Below, one piece after another: positions 38,957-52,485 of a stretch of 64,000 nt of DNA (position 1 is the first letter of the stretch; every line of letters begins with the position of its first letter). The stretch comes from Lama glama (Eukaryota): contig CM052816.1 of assembly GCA_028534125.1 (NCBI GenBank), positions 54,872,001 through 54,936,000 of the forward strand, written 5' to 3'. Below the pieces are notes generated by a model. That model was not told the origin of the DNA and searched no databases. It was given only the letters and a program-made list of their open reading frames with translations. The position numbers and the translations under genes were made by a program.

Positions 38957-39034
38957 CTTGGGTAGACCAATAGACTCCATCGCTCTTAACCACTGGACCG
39001 TGTTATCTGTGTGTCGAAAATGAAGGCCGGACTT
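38957..39034 (-). CDS. IQGAP2: IQGAP2 exon 4 (78 nt): KSGLHFRHTDNTVQWLRAMESIGLPK
   Basis: Acceptor cattag|AAG and donor AAG|gtaagc. Contains the LHFRHTDN IQGAP CH motif. Confidence 0.97.
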
Positions 39035-40079
39035 CTAATGTGCGGATGGGTGGCGGTTAGTGGGGTGGGAGATGGAAAGAAGCGAACACACAAAAAGTGA
39101 GTCAAAACAGTACTAACTTTTTTCATCAGTATGATGCTTTCAATTGTATTTCTCCTAGAATACCGTTATTAAAGCTCACATAAATCTGCCAGAGACATGA
39201 TGAAGCAGACCAGACTATCTCAGAGTCACTCCAACCATGTGGGATGGACCAGTTTCCAGAATTCACATGCTTGAGGTAAGTCTGAGCTGGAATCTCAAAG
39301 ACCATTTACTAGGACATCTTACGACGTTTTACGGGACATGTGTGCACATGCATGAGCAGGCGTGCACACGGTGCCAAGACGGGGGAAACCATGGCTGAGA
39401 AGCCTAGTGACTTCAGGAAAAATAGGATTTTTAGAGGACTAAGTGCCATTTTGTGTGGTTTCTGGTTCTGACAAAACATTTTTTCTGACCATGAATATAG
39501 TATGATTTCTGTAAAAAGCCTAAAAAATGTAGAAAAACACAAAATGAAAACAAAAAACACTCCACGATTCAGAGCTAATTTTAGTGTTTATTCCTTCCAC
39601 AATTTAATCCTCATCGCAGCCTTAGACAAGAAGTAAGCCTTCAGCGGAAATACTTTTTATAAGACCTTTATCTACCCATAGAATTAAAACAGGCTATGCT
39701 ATCCCTGCCCTACAAGCCTCATCAGCCAGCCGCTATTTCCTGCACAGTCTGTAAATACAGCATCCTTGTCACTGTCCCATGAAGTCTGAACCATTGAGAG
39801 CTTTAAAATGATCTTATATATTTAATTAGTTAAATGTGTGCCACAATGCTATTTCATTTTTCTTTTTTAATAAATGTCCAAAAAAGTAACTACAGCAAGT
39901 GTCTTCACATAACTAACATCCGGTGGTAGATCATCACATTCAGCAAGTCCAGCCCTTCCCATCTTCTGCAACCTTCTACAAACAAACAGCTGATGTAACA
40001 AAACGTATTTTTGTTGTTGTTAGAATAAAGTATAAGCAAACTAATATCTGACAAATATCTACACGTTTTTGATAGTGGC

Positions 40080-40290
40080 CACTATTTATTGAGATTGATC
40101 TGTGTGTGTCAAGCACTTTACATAAATTATCTCTGATTTTCAAAATATCCTGCAAGGTAATTACCATTCCCATTTTTTTTTTTTAAGAGATGAGGGTAAA
40201 CCTGGCCAAAAAGATGAAGTGATTTGCTTAAAGTCAAACAGCTGTTAAGGGGCTGAGCTGGGATTCAACACTAGGTCCCTCTGGATCTGA
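40080..40290 (-). mobile_element. MIR
   Basis: atttattgag...aagcactttacataaattatctc...aagtgatttgcttaaagtcaaacagct...gagctgggattcaa. Confidence 0.7.
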
Positions 40291-42519
40291 AAACATCCCC
40301 TGTGCTAACACTCCCCAGGGAAGAACACAGGACCCAGTGGTCATGGGATTATTCATCAGAGGGAAGAAATTAGCTAATTACTATGAAGTAACTAGAGGGT
40401 GGGGGAGAGGAGTGGAAATAGGAAGGACAGAAGGCGATGAAGAGACAGCCCAGACAGTTAACAGCCGGGCAGTAGTGTCTGAGGGTAACTTGGCATCACA
40501 ACTTCTGCAGAACACAATTTTCAGATGTGGACACTCTGTGACCATCGAGGGACAAAACAGAGGCAATCCCCAACCACATCAGGACAAAGAGGACCCTCGA
40601 CACCACAAAGTAACTCAATGTCCCCTCTTCCAACCCAAGATGGGTGAGTTATTTCTTGACTGAAGACAATTTAGTTCCTATTCAATATTCTCACCTCCTG
40701 GATAAAAATTACCAAGACACCAAAATGATCCTGCTTCATGACAACGCCCCAAAGATAACTGGTCCTTGCTTCCCTAAATCCTTATTAGAATCACTCAATA
40801 CAAGGTCAAATCTACACTCAATTCCTGTTTTCTCTTCCTCATAGCTCCGTGGGTATGCACTTTTTCTCGGCACAATGAGTTTAAATAAATGCGATTTTGA
40901 TTGCCCCCAGATGGGTTTCTGGGGATCTTTTGGCTGGTCACCTTCGACAATCCAAATTATGTAACAAAAAAAGCCCATCCATTCAGTGGTTTCATTTAGC
41001 TAGGTAACCCCAGCAAAGTTATAAATCTCTTGGTTCCTCAACCACAAAATGGAAATTGTATACTTCTTTGAGTTGCAGAGATTAAATGGGGATATACATA
41101 GAGCACTTGGTTGCAAAGTGCACCAAATAAATCAATAAACATTAGCCATTATAATTATTATGCTGTAAGACTGGGCTTGAAACTTTTATTCACCTTTAAG
41201 TTCAGAAAAAAATGTTTAGCGGTTCATGCAAGAAGCACTGAAGAAAAGGGAAGTTATCTTGGTTGTTATTTCTATGGTAAATGAATCGGCAGATTTCAAA
41301 CTATCCGTTTTAAACACTTGAGGAATGCTGACTTCAGAATGCTTTGGTCCACATCTGCATATGTTCAGTGAGCGAATTACAGTCACAGCTCCAATCTACT
41401 AGGTTTACTTCAATTAGAACAAAATTGATCTTCTAAACAGGCTTAAAATAATCTTAGTCCATTATAACCATTTTTAGCTTGTTAATTTTTTTTTACCAGT
41501 CCTATACTAAATATTATTAATGTATTAGACTGGATGGTAGACCATAGTCATACTTAGCCGAAGGCTGTTACTGTCCATTTATCTAATTTCTTTCAAGTAT
41601 TAGATTAGAAACTATATGCTGATTTTCTACTGCTGAGCTATTCCAGCACCAGCAAACAAGATTATTGTAGTTTAAATTGAATAGATGAGGTATTATGGAA
41701 GTCTTCTTTGGATGGTAAATTCTTACATATTAAGATAAAGCGTTTTAGAACTATGAGGTAGTTTAAAACCAATAATTATTTTAATTTGCTTGTCTTATAG
41801 ATGAGGAAAGTGAGGGCTCAAGTATTCAAGACACTGGAGTGGACCTAACTTGTTGAGCTCAGGGTTAAGACTAGCTTGTAGGATTCCAAGCCCAAATACC
41901 CTGGTCAATTTACTGCTTCCAGAGCCTCAGAACAAACCGCATCTCTAACACTTACAGTGTGCTTCCCTCTGCCAAGCGCCGTGCAGAGATGATCTCATTT
42001 GTTCCTCGCAGTATCTCTGTAAAGGGTGATACTCTTAACTACTTTCCCACTTCACCTCGGAAGAAACTGAAGCTCACAGAGGCAGTGAGTGCTGAAGCCA
42101 GAGTGTTCTGGTTCCACAGCTCATACTACTAATCACTATGTATAGGCCTTCCCCATCTCAGGCTCACCCAAAAATCATCAACTGTTCATTTTAAGTCTCC
42201 CACTGCCAATGCACTGTCTGGAACGACAGTGTTTTTGGTCTTTGAACTTCCTCAGGCTGAGTCCTCTACAAGGAATGCCCTTGCTTCTTCTCCTCTTTCT
42301 CCTGGTCATCCGAGTTGGCTTGGGAACATTCATCCTTCAAACCCCACCATGGAAACCTCCCAGGCTTCTTCGCCACCCCGCCCTCTTTAGAAAGGACCAC
42401 ACTCTTCTGGCTTGTCCCCCACTGTCCACCAGTCATCTTCTCTTCACTGCTCTCTACCCATTTCCTGTCCCTTTCCAGGATTCCCTCTTCATTTTCTCTC
42501 TTGAATCCATTCTCTTCTT

Positions 42520-43120
42520 GTCTCTGCAGGCCATTGTCACCCGTCACCTGGACTAATTTCCTCTTTGCACTCTGCCTCCACCTTCATCCCCTTCCAACGT
42601 ATTCTCCACACAGCGGCAGCAATCTTTCTAAAGCACAAACTGTACCACGATGCCTCTGTCAACAATCAACAGCTCCCTGCCATAATTAGGTCCTCCCTGT
42701 GTGACTGAGTCATCTGTCTCTGCTCCCCCCAGTCACATTTCTCACCACTGTCCCTCACCAGAGCCTTTCAGCCACTCACCCTGGCCAAGCTCTTTTCTTC
42801 CTTGAGCCTCTCACAAATGAGCCCCTTCTCTCTGGACCATCCTCCCCTCTCCCCTCTGTTAACTCTGCACATGGATGAGTTTCTTCTCATTCTTCCAGCC
42901 TCAGAGTAAGCGCCTCCTCAGAGAAGCCCACTGCTATCTGTCAATCACACTGGCTTTAATTGTGTCCTTTATACACTTATCACAATTCCCAACTGTCTGC
43001 TTCACTCAGTCTGTCTCCTCAACTGTAAGTGCCACGAAATCACGTCCACCCTGCTCCCCACTCTGCCTTTATTGCCCCGAACAGTGGCTGCTGGCACATG
43101 GTAGGTGCTGGTAAGCACTG
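42520..43120 (+). mobile_element. Degenerate L2 fragment
   Basis: ctccacacagcggcagcaatctttctaaagcacaaa...ctggcacatggtaggtgct. Boundaries are approximate. Confidence 0.55.
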
Positions 43121-46100
43121 TGTGGAGAAGTTAGTTCTACCCTGTTTGTATTTCTATCTTAGTACAACTTTATCTTCTTTCCTTATAACTTTATTAAAAT
43201 TTATTATATCAATGTCTACCTGTCTATCAGCACAACACTTTTCCAACCTTCGTACTATATAAGAGAAAAATCACCTGGGGCGATTATTAAGAGTGCAGCT
43301 TCCTGGGTCACTGGCTAAGATCCTGCCTGACTCAGTAGTCTAGGGTGGGGCCCAAAAGTTCACAGTTTTACACTCATGAGGTGGTCCCAGAGGAATTTTC
43401 AGCATCACATTTAGAGGAAGAGTCTCAGTCTCGAAGTACCTTGAATCAGTATCAAATAAAGCACAGAAGACAAGAAAGAGAGCCCTGTGACTCACTAGAA
43501 ACGACTGTCTTTCATTCCTTCACCGACAGCTATTTCTCTAGCACCCACTGTAAACCATTCACCAGGTATACGGCTGAGGAGACACGCACAGTTCTTGCCT
43601 TCCTGACAACACACTCATCATAGCATGCTGTGGTGTGTCCACGAGGGACACTGTTAGGTACCACAGCACACATAGCATGAGCATGCAGTGCAACCCTGGA
43701 GCGGGAGGTAGAGATGGTCAGGGGAAGAGTATGCATCATTGGAAGGCCTAACTCTCACATTGAGGGCATCTTCCTAACCCTAAATCAATGAGGGACCAGG
43801 GCTGGGCAGAAGCTGGCAGACAAAGAGGAGCAGCACGGAAGCTCCCATCTGCTTAACTCAAAGCCATCAGCACCAACACTGAGGCCTTGAGATTTGGGCC
43901 AGAGCTCTCCCCTCGGGGACACACTGCCTAACAGGCGGGTCGCATTTCACGGCTGCAGCCCAGGCTAACCCTGCAGCACAAGCCAGGCTCACTGGACTCG
44001 TGGTTTCCAGATGGCACATCAAGAGGGGGGCCCAGGTTAGCGAGCGTTCCCTTGGGTTTCTGCATCTTTGCCGCAGTCCCGAGATTTAGTGCTCTCTGGG
44101 AAGGACCACGTGACGGGCTTTAGCCCCGGAGAAAACAAGAACTGGAAGCTAAGTCTCCCGTCCACTGCTATTTGCCTCCTTTCATTTCTGTGAAAGAAAT
44201 GAAATGGCCTTAAAATAAAAATTTATGATTTACATGGCACATTGGTAAAAAATTCCCATTCTAGGACATGAGGAGTCGCTTTCAGGGATTTAATAAAAGA
44301 AAAGAAAAAAGGAAAAAAAAAAAAGAAAAGCCTCTTTTCTCCAGTGAATTAACAGAGGGGTGGTTCCCATTTGTCCCGTGTCTTCTCCCACATCACAGCT
44401 GGCATCAGCCCCCCTCCACCTGCCACCTCCCTTCTTTCCAGCCCTCTCCCAGCAGCCTTTCCTTCATGCACCCCAGCTGGGGCCTGATGGGATGGGGGAC
44501 GGCAATACAGAACACTTCCCCCTCTCACCACGTTTTGCTCAGCGGTGTCATCATCTGCCTAGACTCTACGGTTATCTTATTTTGTAACAAGAGATTGGAA
44601 ATCCTTCCCCCATCTCCATTCCAAAGAGAAGCAGCTATTTCTTCAAATAATAGGATCTCCGATGCCAGGAGAAAATTGTACCTGTTGAAATTGCCATGAG
44701 GGGTCCACAGCTGAACTGAAAAGAGACACCTATATTCAAGGTATATCATGTGCCAGGAGGGGAAAGAATTAGCCCACCCTCTGCTCTGAGCTTCGCCTTC
44801 CCTGAAGGTCTGTCTTTCTGGTCTGATTCTCACTGTCCACAACATCAAAACAAAATACCCACAATTCCTTTTTGAGGAGGGCTGGAGTCAACTACACTTT
44901 AACCCTATCATCAAGTCTACACAGCTGTTAGTGCTCGCAGACCTAGACGACAACCATTACAGAAACAATGAAAATAAAAGAAAAACCGTGCTCTAAAGTG
45001 TAGACAAATGTCAATTTATTTTGTGACATAGGGATACAAATAATTTTTTCTGTGCTCTTCAACACTTTTGAAATAAGTCTCAAAATTAAAAAACAACACA
45101 AAACAAAACAAATTTTGGCTTGCTAAGTCATTTGGGTCACTGAGATTTTGCAAAAGGCTGAAATTCACTCCAGGGAGAAACTCCTAGAGTGAAGAAACAC
45201 AGAACTTAATAAACTCAAACTTATTTTAACATATGCAAATACTTTTATTCATAACATTATTCAAGGCAGAAAATTTCGCTCAGTTACCTTTTAGACTAGA
45301 TCATAAAAAGAAACTCATCAAAAAAGATGTCAATTCATTTTGTCTACTGTTAGCCTAAATAATTACTCAAACATTTGCTCTGAATTCAATATACATATTT
45401 TAAAGATAAATTTGTCTCAGTAACAATTGAAGGGTAGTGTGACTCATGCAGCAAATGGAAAATTATTCCATTTTCAACTATACTTAACGTTGTCCTTAAA
45501 AAAACTTTTAAGGATACTTGAAAATCTGCAGATAAAAAATACTGATATAAAAAAACCAAATACAATATATTAAGAAAATAAAGAATCAACTTTCAGAGAA
45601 GTTTTAAAATCCCTGGTCTGAAATGGACAAGAGATCAGATATTCCAGGAGGCAACAGTACGCATTTTAAAATTCCCTTTTGAAGACCCCCATAAGGAAGG
45701 GACTTTTTAGGTTGGTGTTTACCTTTTCCTCCTTCGCTTTTTAATGGAAAATTTCAAACATGGAAAAGCAGACGAAATAGTGTAATGAACTCATTTGTAC
45801 CCATCATCTAATCTCAGTGATTATGAGCTCATAATTAAGTCTTGAATCATCTGTCCACCCTCCTCTCAATTATTTGGAAGCAAATCATGGATGTATCACT
45901 TCCTCTGTAAATAAACATGTATTTGTAAAATATCATAATTTCTCAAATTAATACAAGATGGGTGTTTATTTTGGTTAGGTCTGCTCCCCCATATGCCTTC
46001 CCAAATTAGCCATGAAATGATTCTTGAAACTAGTTGCAAACAAGATTAGTCATATTTTGTTTTAAACACCAAATGGAAAGGAGTTCTTGACTATTCGGTG

Positions 46101-46557
46101 TTAGTACTTCTCTTTATTTTTCTTTTTTCTTTTTTTTAAATCACATTGGCCCTAACTCTTTAGGGCCACAAGTTCAAGCCCCAGTGGGTACTTTCTTCCT
46201 TGATGAAAACAAAGGGGTAATAAACTGTGCTGGTGGTGAAAAAAGGAAGGGGAGAGGGCCCCCACTTTTACATTTACTGGCACTAATAAAATAACCTCCA
46301 TGAAGGAATAATGGGGATGGGGGATGGGAAGCCCCACAAATCAGAGGTCCCTCAGCCTCAGCCCAGAAACAGAAAAATGCTTTGCTTTTAAAACTGCTGC
46401 TGCCTCAGGAATGATTATTAACAGGCTTCAAAGACCAAGGATACCCCCGACCCTACCCCCAACAAAGTTCTATAGAAACACTAGAAGAAAGGAAAGGACA
46501 GGAAATACTGAGCTTTCACTTTAAGCTGGAAGCCCAAACCAATTAGATCTCACTTAC

Positions 46558-46714
46558 CTTATAACGTGTTTGTTCCACATCATAGATCTTTTTCTCCGAT
46601 ACCATTTTGGGTGCAAAGAACTTGGCTAACTTGGCAAGGTAAACTCCATTCCGGAGCCCTTCTTCCAGTTCAGTGGTTGGTGGCAGTTCTTCAACTAAGC
46701 AGACTTCCATCCAC
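46558..46714 (-). CDS. IQGAP2: IQGAP2 exon 3 (157 nt): (R)WMEVCLVEELPPTTELEEGLRNGVYLAKLAKFFAPKMVSEKKIYDVEQTRYK
   Basis: Acceptor ctttag|G TGG and donor AAG|gtaagt. Contains the LEEGLRNGVYLAKL CH-domain signature. Confidence 0.98.
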
Positions 46715-49700
46715 CTAAAGAAATGAAAAAAACCTTAAAGTGACTCCAGTTGGGTAACTTTCTATAAATGAGGAGCTGCGGTATCTCACTACCTGTGATG
46801 GAGGCATTAACAAAGGGAGCAGGACCCGAAACATCTTTAGGGAAGAGAGGACTTTCTGGGTGGGACAAGGATTCGGAACAGAGATGCACTGGGGGACTAC
46901 AAGCCCAGAGGCACTGAACCCACCACCGCGCCAGAGCTCGTCAATTCACCTTTGTCTGAGTCTCTGCCAATTCTCTTTTGTGCCAAAGAGGAAAAAAGCC
47001 AGCCCATTTTTGTATGTGTGGAATTCATCTTGCTGACATTACGGAAAACACAGCTCCAAGTTTATGAGCCCTTAGTGGAGGACATTCTTGGAGGGGTTAG
47101 GCTGGGGGGAGAGCATGGTCCAGGGTGCGGTAAAATCTGCAGTTGCCTCACTCTGGAAATGACTACCAGGAAAGGTAGGAAGGCATGGGAAAGGGACATC
47201 AAAATTCAGAAAGCAGACACAGTCTTCATTAAATAAGAGACATTCCTGTTTTCCAATACCAGGAACTTATTACAACATGCTTACCTTTTCGGGAAGTTAT
47301 TTACTGGGTTCTGGAAAAGTATTTCAGAAAAAGATCAGATTAAATCTTCGGACACTGTGCCGGTATTGGGGAACGGAGAGCACCAAGTTCATTACCGGCT
47401 CAAGGACACACAGGGGGAGGGGAGCTAGGCCAGTTCACATTTCATGCAGGTGTGCTGAAACTGCCTGGGTTAAGAGGACACTGCTGTTCCTATCCATCTC
47501 GGGGAACTCTACCTACTCTACGCCCCAAGAGGCAGGAGTGCAAGCTCTCACCTCCGTGCCACTGACCCACCACCAGATCATCAGCATTAGTGTGCGCACC
47601 ACTCCCATACAGCCACTCCCCTTGGAGGGTCACTGACACGAACGCGGCTGATCCTGCCAACACCTGGCAGTCCGTGGAGCGCTGTTCTGCAGTGTTAACA
47701 ACTGATCCTGATCCAAGCAGCAAACGCTGTAACACGCCTGACTTGCTTGTAGCTCTGGGTACCTTTTAGAAGCTCAAAGGGTCCCTAATCAGCAAGGACT
47801 ATTTACTGACCACTTATTAGGCAAAATAAAACACGGAGTATATGAGAAAAACAAACATAAGCCCTGACTTCAAAGAGCATTAAATATAATTGAGAAGGCA
47901 ACACCAGGGCAAGGAAAACCCAGAGGGCCGCGTGAGGAAGGCTGTCGTGCCCAGTGCCATGTGTTAGTGCGTACGAAGTAAAGGTTTGGGAAGGAAGGAG
48001 GGTCACGGGGTTATCGCTGGAGCAATGGGGAAAACAATGAGAAGGTGGTGGGGCCTGGATTTGGTCTAGAAAAAGGGAGTATTTGGAAAGGCTGGGGGAG
48101 CAGGACAGACTAAAGCCATAAGGGAAACATGGCTGACTCACAGGGCAAAGCCAGAGATGGCTTTGGGCCTTCGGGGTTTATGGGGAGAACGGGAACAAGG
48201 CCGAGATACACAGGGAAGTCAGGCTCCAGAGGACGAAGCCCAGGAGGAGACGGGATGGTACTTGTTGCTACAAGAAGCAGGGGGCTCTTGACAGCTTCAC
48301 AGCAGAGGATTGACAGGCTGACAGAGCTAAAGAGGGAAAATCAGTCTTGTGTGATGACTGCCCCAAAGACAAAGCGCTCTGTCAGGCCTTTCCCGTCACG
48401 AGTTGCTGAGGGGCTGGGTTAGACAGGAACAGGTGGCAAGGGACGAAACCCAGAGACATTTCAAGAAAATGGTAACAAGACTAGGTGACAGCTCGGAAAG
48501 GGGGTGAGGAGGGGATCAAAGAAAAGAGAACATCACCAGCCAGGGAGAGAGGCCCCATGTGGAGGGAGCCCTCGGCACCAGGACTCAGTCCCTCGCCCAT
48601 CTTGTGACCCCAGGCACGTCCCCCAGCCTCTCTGGGCCTCAGTTTTCTCTTCTGCTAAAGGTGCTGGAGGTGGGAAGGATGGGATTTAGGGTCCCTCCCT
48701 GCTTGAACATCTTAGGGGGACTGGGGAGACTGGGAGAACAAGGAACCACAAAACAAGATGATGAACATGGCTTTCACGTATCATACACAAGGCGAGTGAG
48801 GGTTACTTGGTTATACAAGCCTTGCTTCAAATGAACTCAAGTAAGAGTACCGCAGGCTTGATACATTTTCAACAAGAAATTAATAACAACATTGTCTTTT
48901 GGTAAAAATCTGGTCAAGTTAAAAGCCACTGCACTAGACCAAGTCTCTAATCTAAACAACCTACCAATTACAGCACACATGAAATAATGTTAAAATACAA
49001 TCTGTTTTCAAAAGGGAAAAAAGAAAAAAGCCACAATCTGTTTTCAAATACTTACCTTGCAAAAATTTAAGAAATTGTTTTTTGAATGACAATATGTAAT
49101 TGCTTTATAATAATCCCATAATTGAGGGTAGATGTGTCAAGGGTTGGGGAGAGAGAAACTGACAATTTGTCACAGAAGTGCGGGGAGATACACTGACATG
49201 TGGGACCAAGGAGCAGGAGGCTAAAATAAAAACAGCTCGGAAGTGTGATATTTTATACTTGCGTTTTTTTTAAATGATAATTACATTAATTTTTGTCTGT
49301 ATTAGAATATGTGTGCAGTTGGCTCAAAACACTAATTCTTACAAAAACTTAGGTTAACTATAGCCTACTTAAGAGGTAGTCACTGTTAATGTTTAAGACA
49401 TCATGAAGGGCTCGAAGACAAAGGCCACCTCTTCTTCCTTTCTATAATCTCTTTGTCCTGGAAATATGGTTCCAGACAGTGGGTACCCAACAGATTGTCA
49501 TGACATAAAAGATTCTGACTGCTTACGAAAGGTTTTCCAAGCATCACAGTTACATCACAAAATCTTTTAGGGAATGGCCAAAGACCTGTAAACGTTCCAT
49601 TTTTGCAACATCAGGCATCCACGGAGCTATGTCCTTTTCACTATCTGGAGAGTCAAAAGAAGACGCTGCCATCATCAGTGCTGACAGTGTTTATTAAGCA

Positions 49701-51134
49701 CTATTTTGTTCTAGAACCTGGATTTAATACTTCATGGGGATTATAATTTAATCCTCAAAGTCACCCCAGACTTTGGAAAGGTGCTGTTAGGACCACCATT
49801 TGCTGATGCTAATCAGAGGCTCAGAACAGCCCAGGCCATACAGCTTCTAATGGAAAGACATCCAAAAGCTGTTCTAATTCCAACTTTTAACTCTCACGAC
49901 TCACCAAACAGAAGAGCGCAGTCCCACAGCCTTGTGTAAAATAAAAGTGATAACAGGATATCCCAGTCTCCTTCCAGAGTCAGAGTCAGGGCGCAGGTGT
50001 GGAGATGCACACACTGTCACTCTTCAGCGTAAGGTCAGGGGAGAGCAGATTCACCGTCAAAGTTGAGCAAATGCCCTGGGGTTATATTTATTCTTTTAGA
50101 ACTCCCTGTCAGTCACCTAACCTCACAATAGTAACTGATAAGCGGCCTGGGCAGTGCGTCTTGAGGGTGCTGTTGCAAATTCGTGTGGGCTTTGGGAAGC
50201 TTTGAGCCCATCCACATGGAGTCACCTCTTGGAGAACTCAGGCAAGCCCAGACAGGATCTCAAAGGGTCTCCTCATAATACACTGCCTGGAAACTTATTA
50301 TTAGTCAGTATATGATCAATACACATTGACTGAGAGCAAGACCATTCTTCTAGAACAGCCTGGCTCCTTAACACTGCCCTCATGGTATTAAAGCAATGTT
50401 AAGGAAGTAGGACTCTGAGATGCCAACTTCTAAACTAGAACACGGTCATCGTGTGGGCTGAATATCCTTTGGATCTCCTTTTCAAAAGCGTATGGGAAGA
50501 GAACTTGGAGCACGGGTACCAAATGGTTCATCGCAGGGTCTAGGAGAGCTGGAGGTGGCTGCTGGCCAGGGTCTGCATCTCCCAGCCCCACGGTATCAGT
50601 GTGGGGTTGAGCGGCTGTGCTGGGGGCACAGAACGTGAGAGGAAATGGTGTGCTTCGCCCTGAGTCATGCTCCAGAAAAGCCTCCCAAGGCTGGGCCCCC
50701 AGTCTCCCCTCCCCCGTCTGCTGGCTGGATATGAAGGCCCAAGGACCACAACAACCTTGAAAGAGAAGAGGAAGAACTTACACCAGCCCGGCTCCTCTGT
50801 GTATCCCCTAACCCTTGCCTTCTGCCACTGAACCTTACATGAAGAATTAAACTCCTACTGTCAACCTCAGTGGCCTATCTGTCATATAAGCCACTGTGAC
50901 CCAACCAAACCAATAACATTCGCTGTGTGATTTTTTATGGTCTGTTGGGGGTCAAACTTCCTGTAACTATCACAACACAGAAGCAACTGGCCTGATGTTC
51001 AAGAAGTCTGGCTCTGCGATCACTAGCTGGATGCATCGGAGCAAGTCACTTAAAACTCTGAGCTGCATTTCAGTCCATGAGTCTAAAATTATAAATGGAA
51101 CTCTATGTGACACTAATTATGCAATATGATCTTG

Positions 51135-52485
51135 TTTTGTTTAACAGCAGCTTTACTGAGAGACAATTCACACACCATACACTTACTCATTTAAGATGCA
51201 CAAAGCAATGCTTTTCAGTATAGGCACAGGACTGTGAAACCACCACTTAATCAATTTTAGAATATTTTCATCACTCCAAAAAGAAACTCATTAACAGTCA
51301 CTCCCCATTTACTCTCAAATTCCCAACCCTCTAAACTACTTTCTGTCTACAGATCTGCTTATTTAAGGACATCTCGTATAAATGGAATTATACAACATGT
51401 GACTGCCTGTGATAGCTTCTTTCACGTACCATAATGTTTCCAGGTTCATCTATTGTATAGAATGTATTAGTGCTTCCTTCCTTTTTATTGCCAAATAATT
51501 TCTACTATATAGATATAGATCATATTTTATTTATCAGTTTATGGACATTGGGTCTTTTCCACTTTTTGGGCTATTATGACTAATCCTGCTATAAACATTA
51601 GTGTCCAAGTTTTTGCATGGACATATGTTCTCATTTCTCTTGGGTATATACGTAGGAACAGAATTTCTAGGTCATAAGGTAACTATGTTTAATCTTTTTA
51701 GGAATGTCCAGACTGTTCTCCAAAGCAGCTGCAACATTTTACATTCCCCCCAGCCGTGTGTGAGGATTCTAATCTCCCCACCTCCTTGCCAACAGGCAGC
51801 TATCTTTTTGATTACAACCATCCTAGTAAACACAAAGTGGGATCTCCTCTTGGTGATTTTAATTTCTCTGATGGCTAATATTGAGCATGTTTTATGTGCT
51901 TATTGACCATTTGCATTATTCTCTTTACAGAAATGTCTTTGCAAATCCATCACCCATGTTTTAGTCACGTTTTTGATAATTGAGTTATAAGAGTTCTTTA
52001 TATATTTGGTATGCAAATCTTTTATCAGACATGATTTGAAAATATTTCCCTTCAGTGGGTTGTCTTTTCACTTTCTTGATGCTCTTTTTGGAAGCACAAG
52101 AAATTTTGTGTTTTTTAATTTTTAATTTTGACAAAGTCCCATTTATCTGTTGCTTGTACTTTGGTGTCATATCTAAGAAACCGTTGCCTAACTGAAGGTC
52201 ACAAGTATCTACCTATGTTTTCTTCTAAGAGCCTTAGAGTTTTAACTCTTACAGTTAGACCTTTTATCCATTTTGAGTTTTTTTTTTTGTATATGGTTTG
52301 ACATAAGGGTCCAAATTCATTCATTCTTTGGAATGTGGCTATCCAGTTGTCCAAGCACAATTTGTTGAAAAGACTATACTTTACCCCATTAAATTGTCCT
52401 GGCACTCGTGTTGAAAAACAATTGACTATAAATATGAAAAATTATTTCTAGACTCTCAATTATACTCCAATGGTCCATACATCTA
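51135..52485 (-). mobile_element. Old L1 (L1MB/MC-like) 3' UTR and ORF2 end
   Basis: L1 3' motifs. ORF 52199..52405 (SLFNKLCLDNWIAT...NSKWIKGLTVRVKTLRLLEENIG) is degenerate ORF2p C-terminus. Confidence 0.9.
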
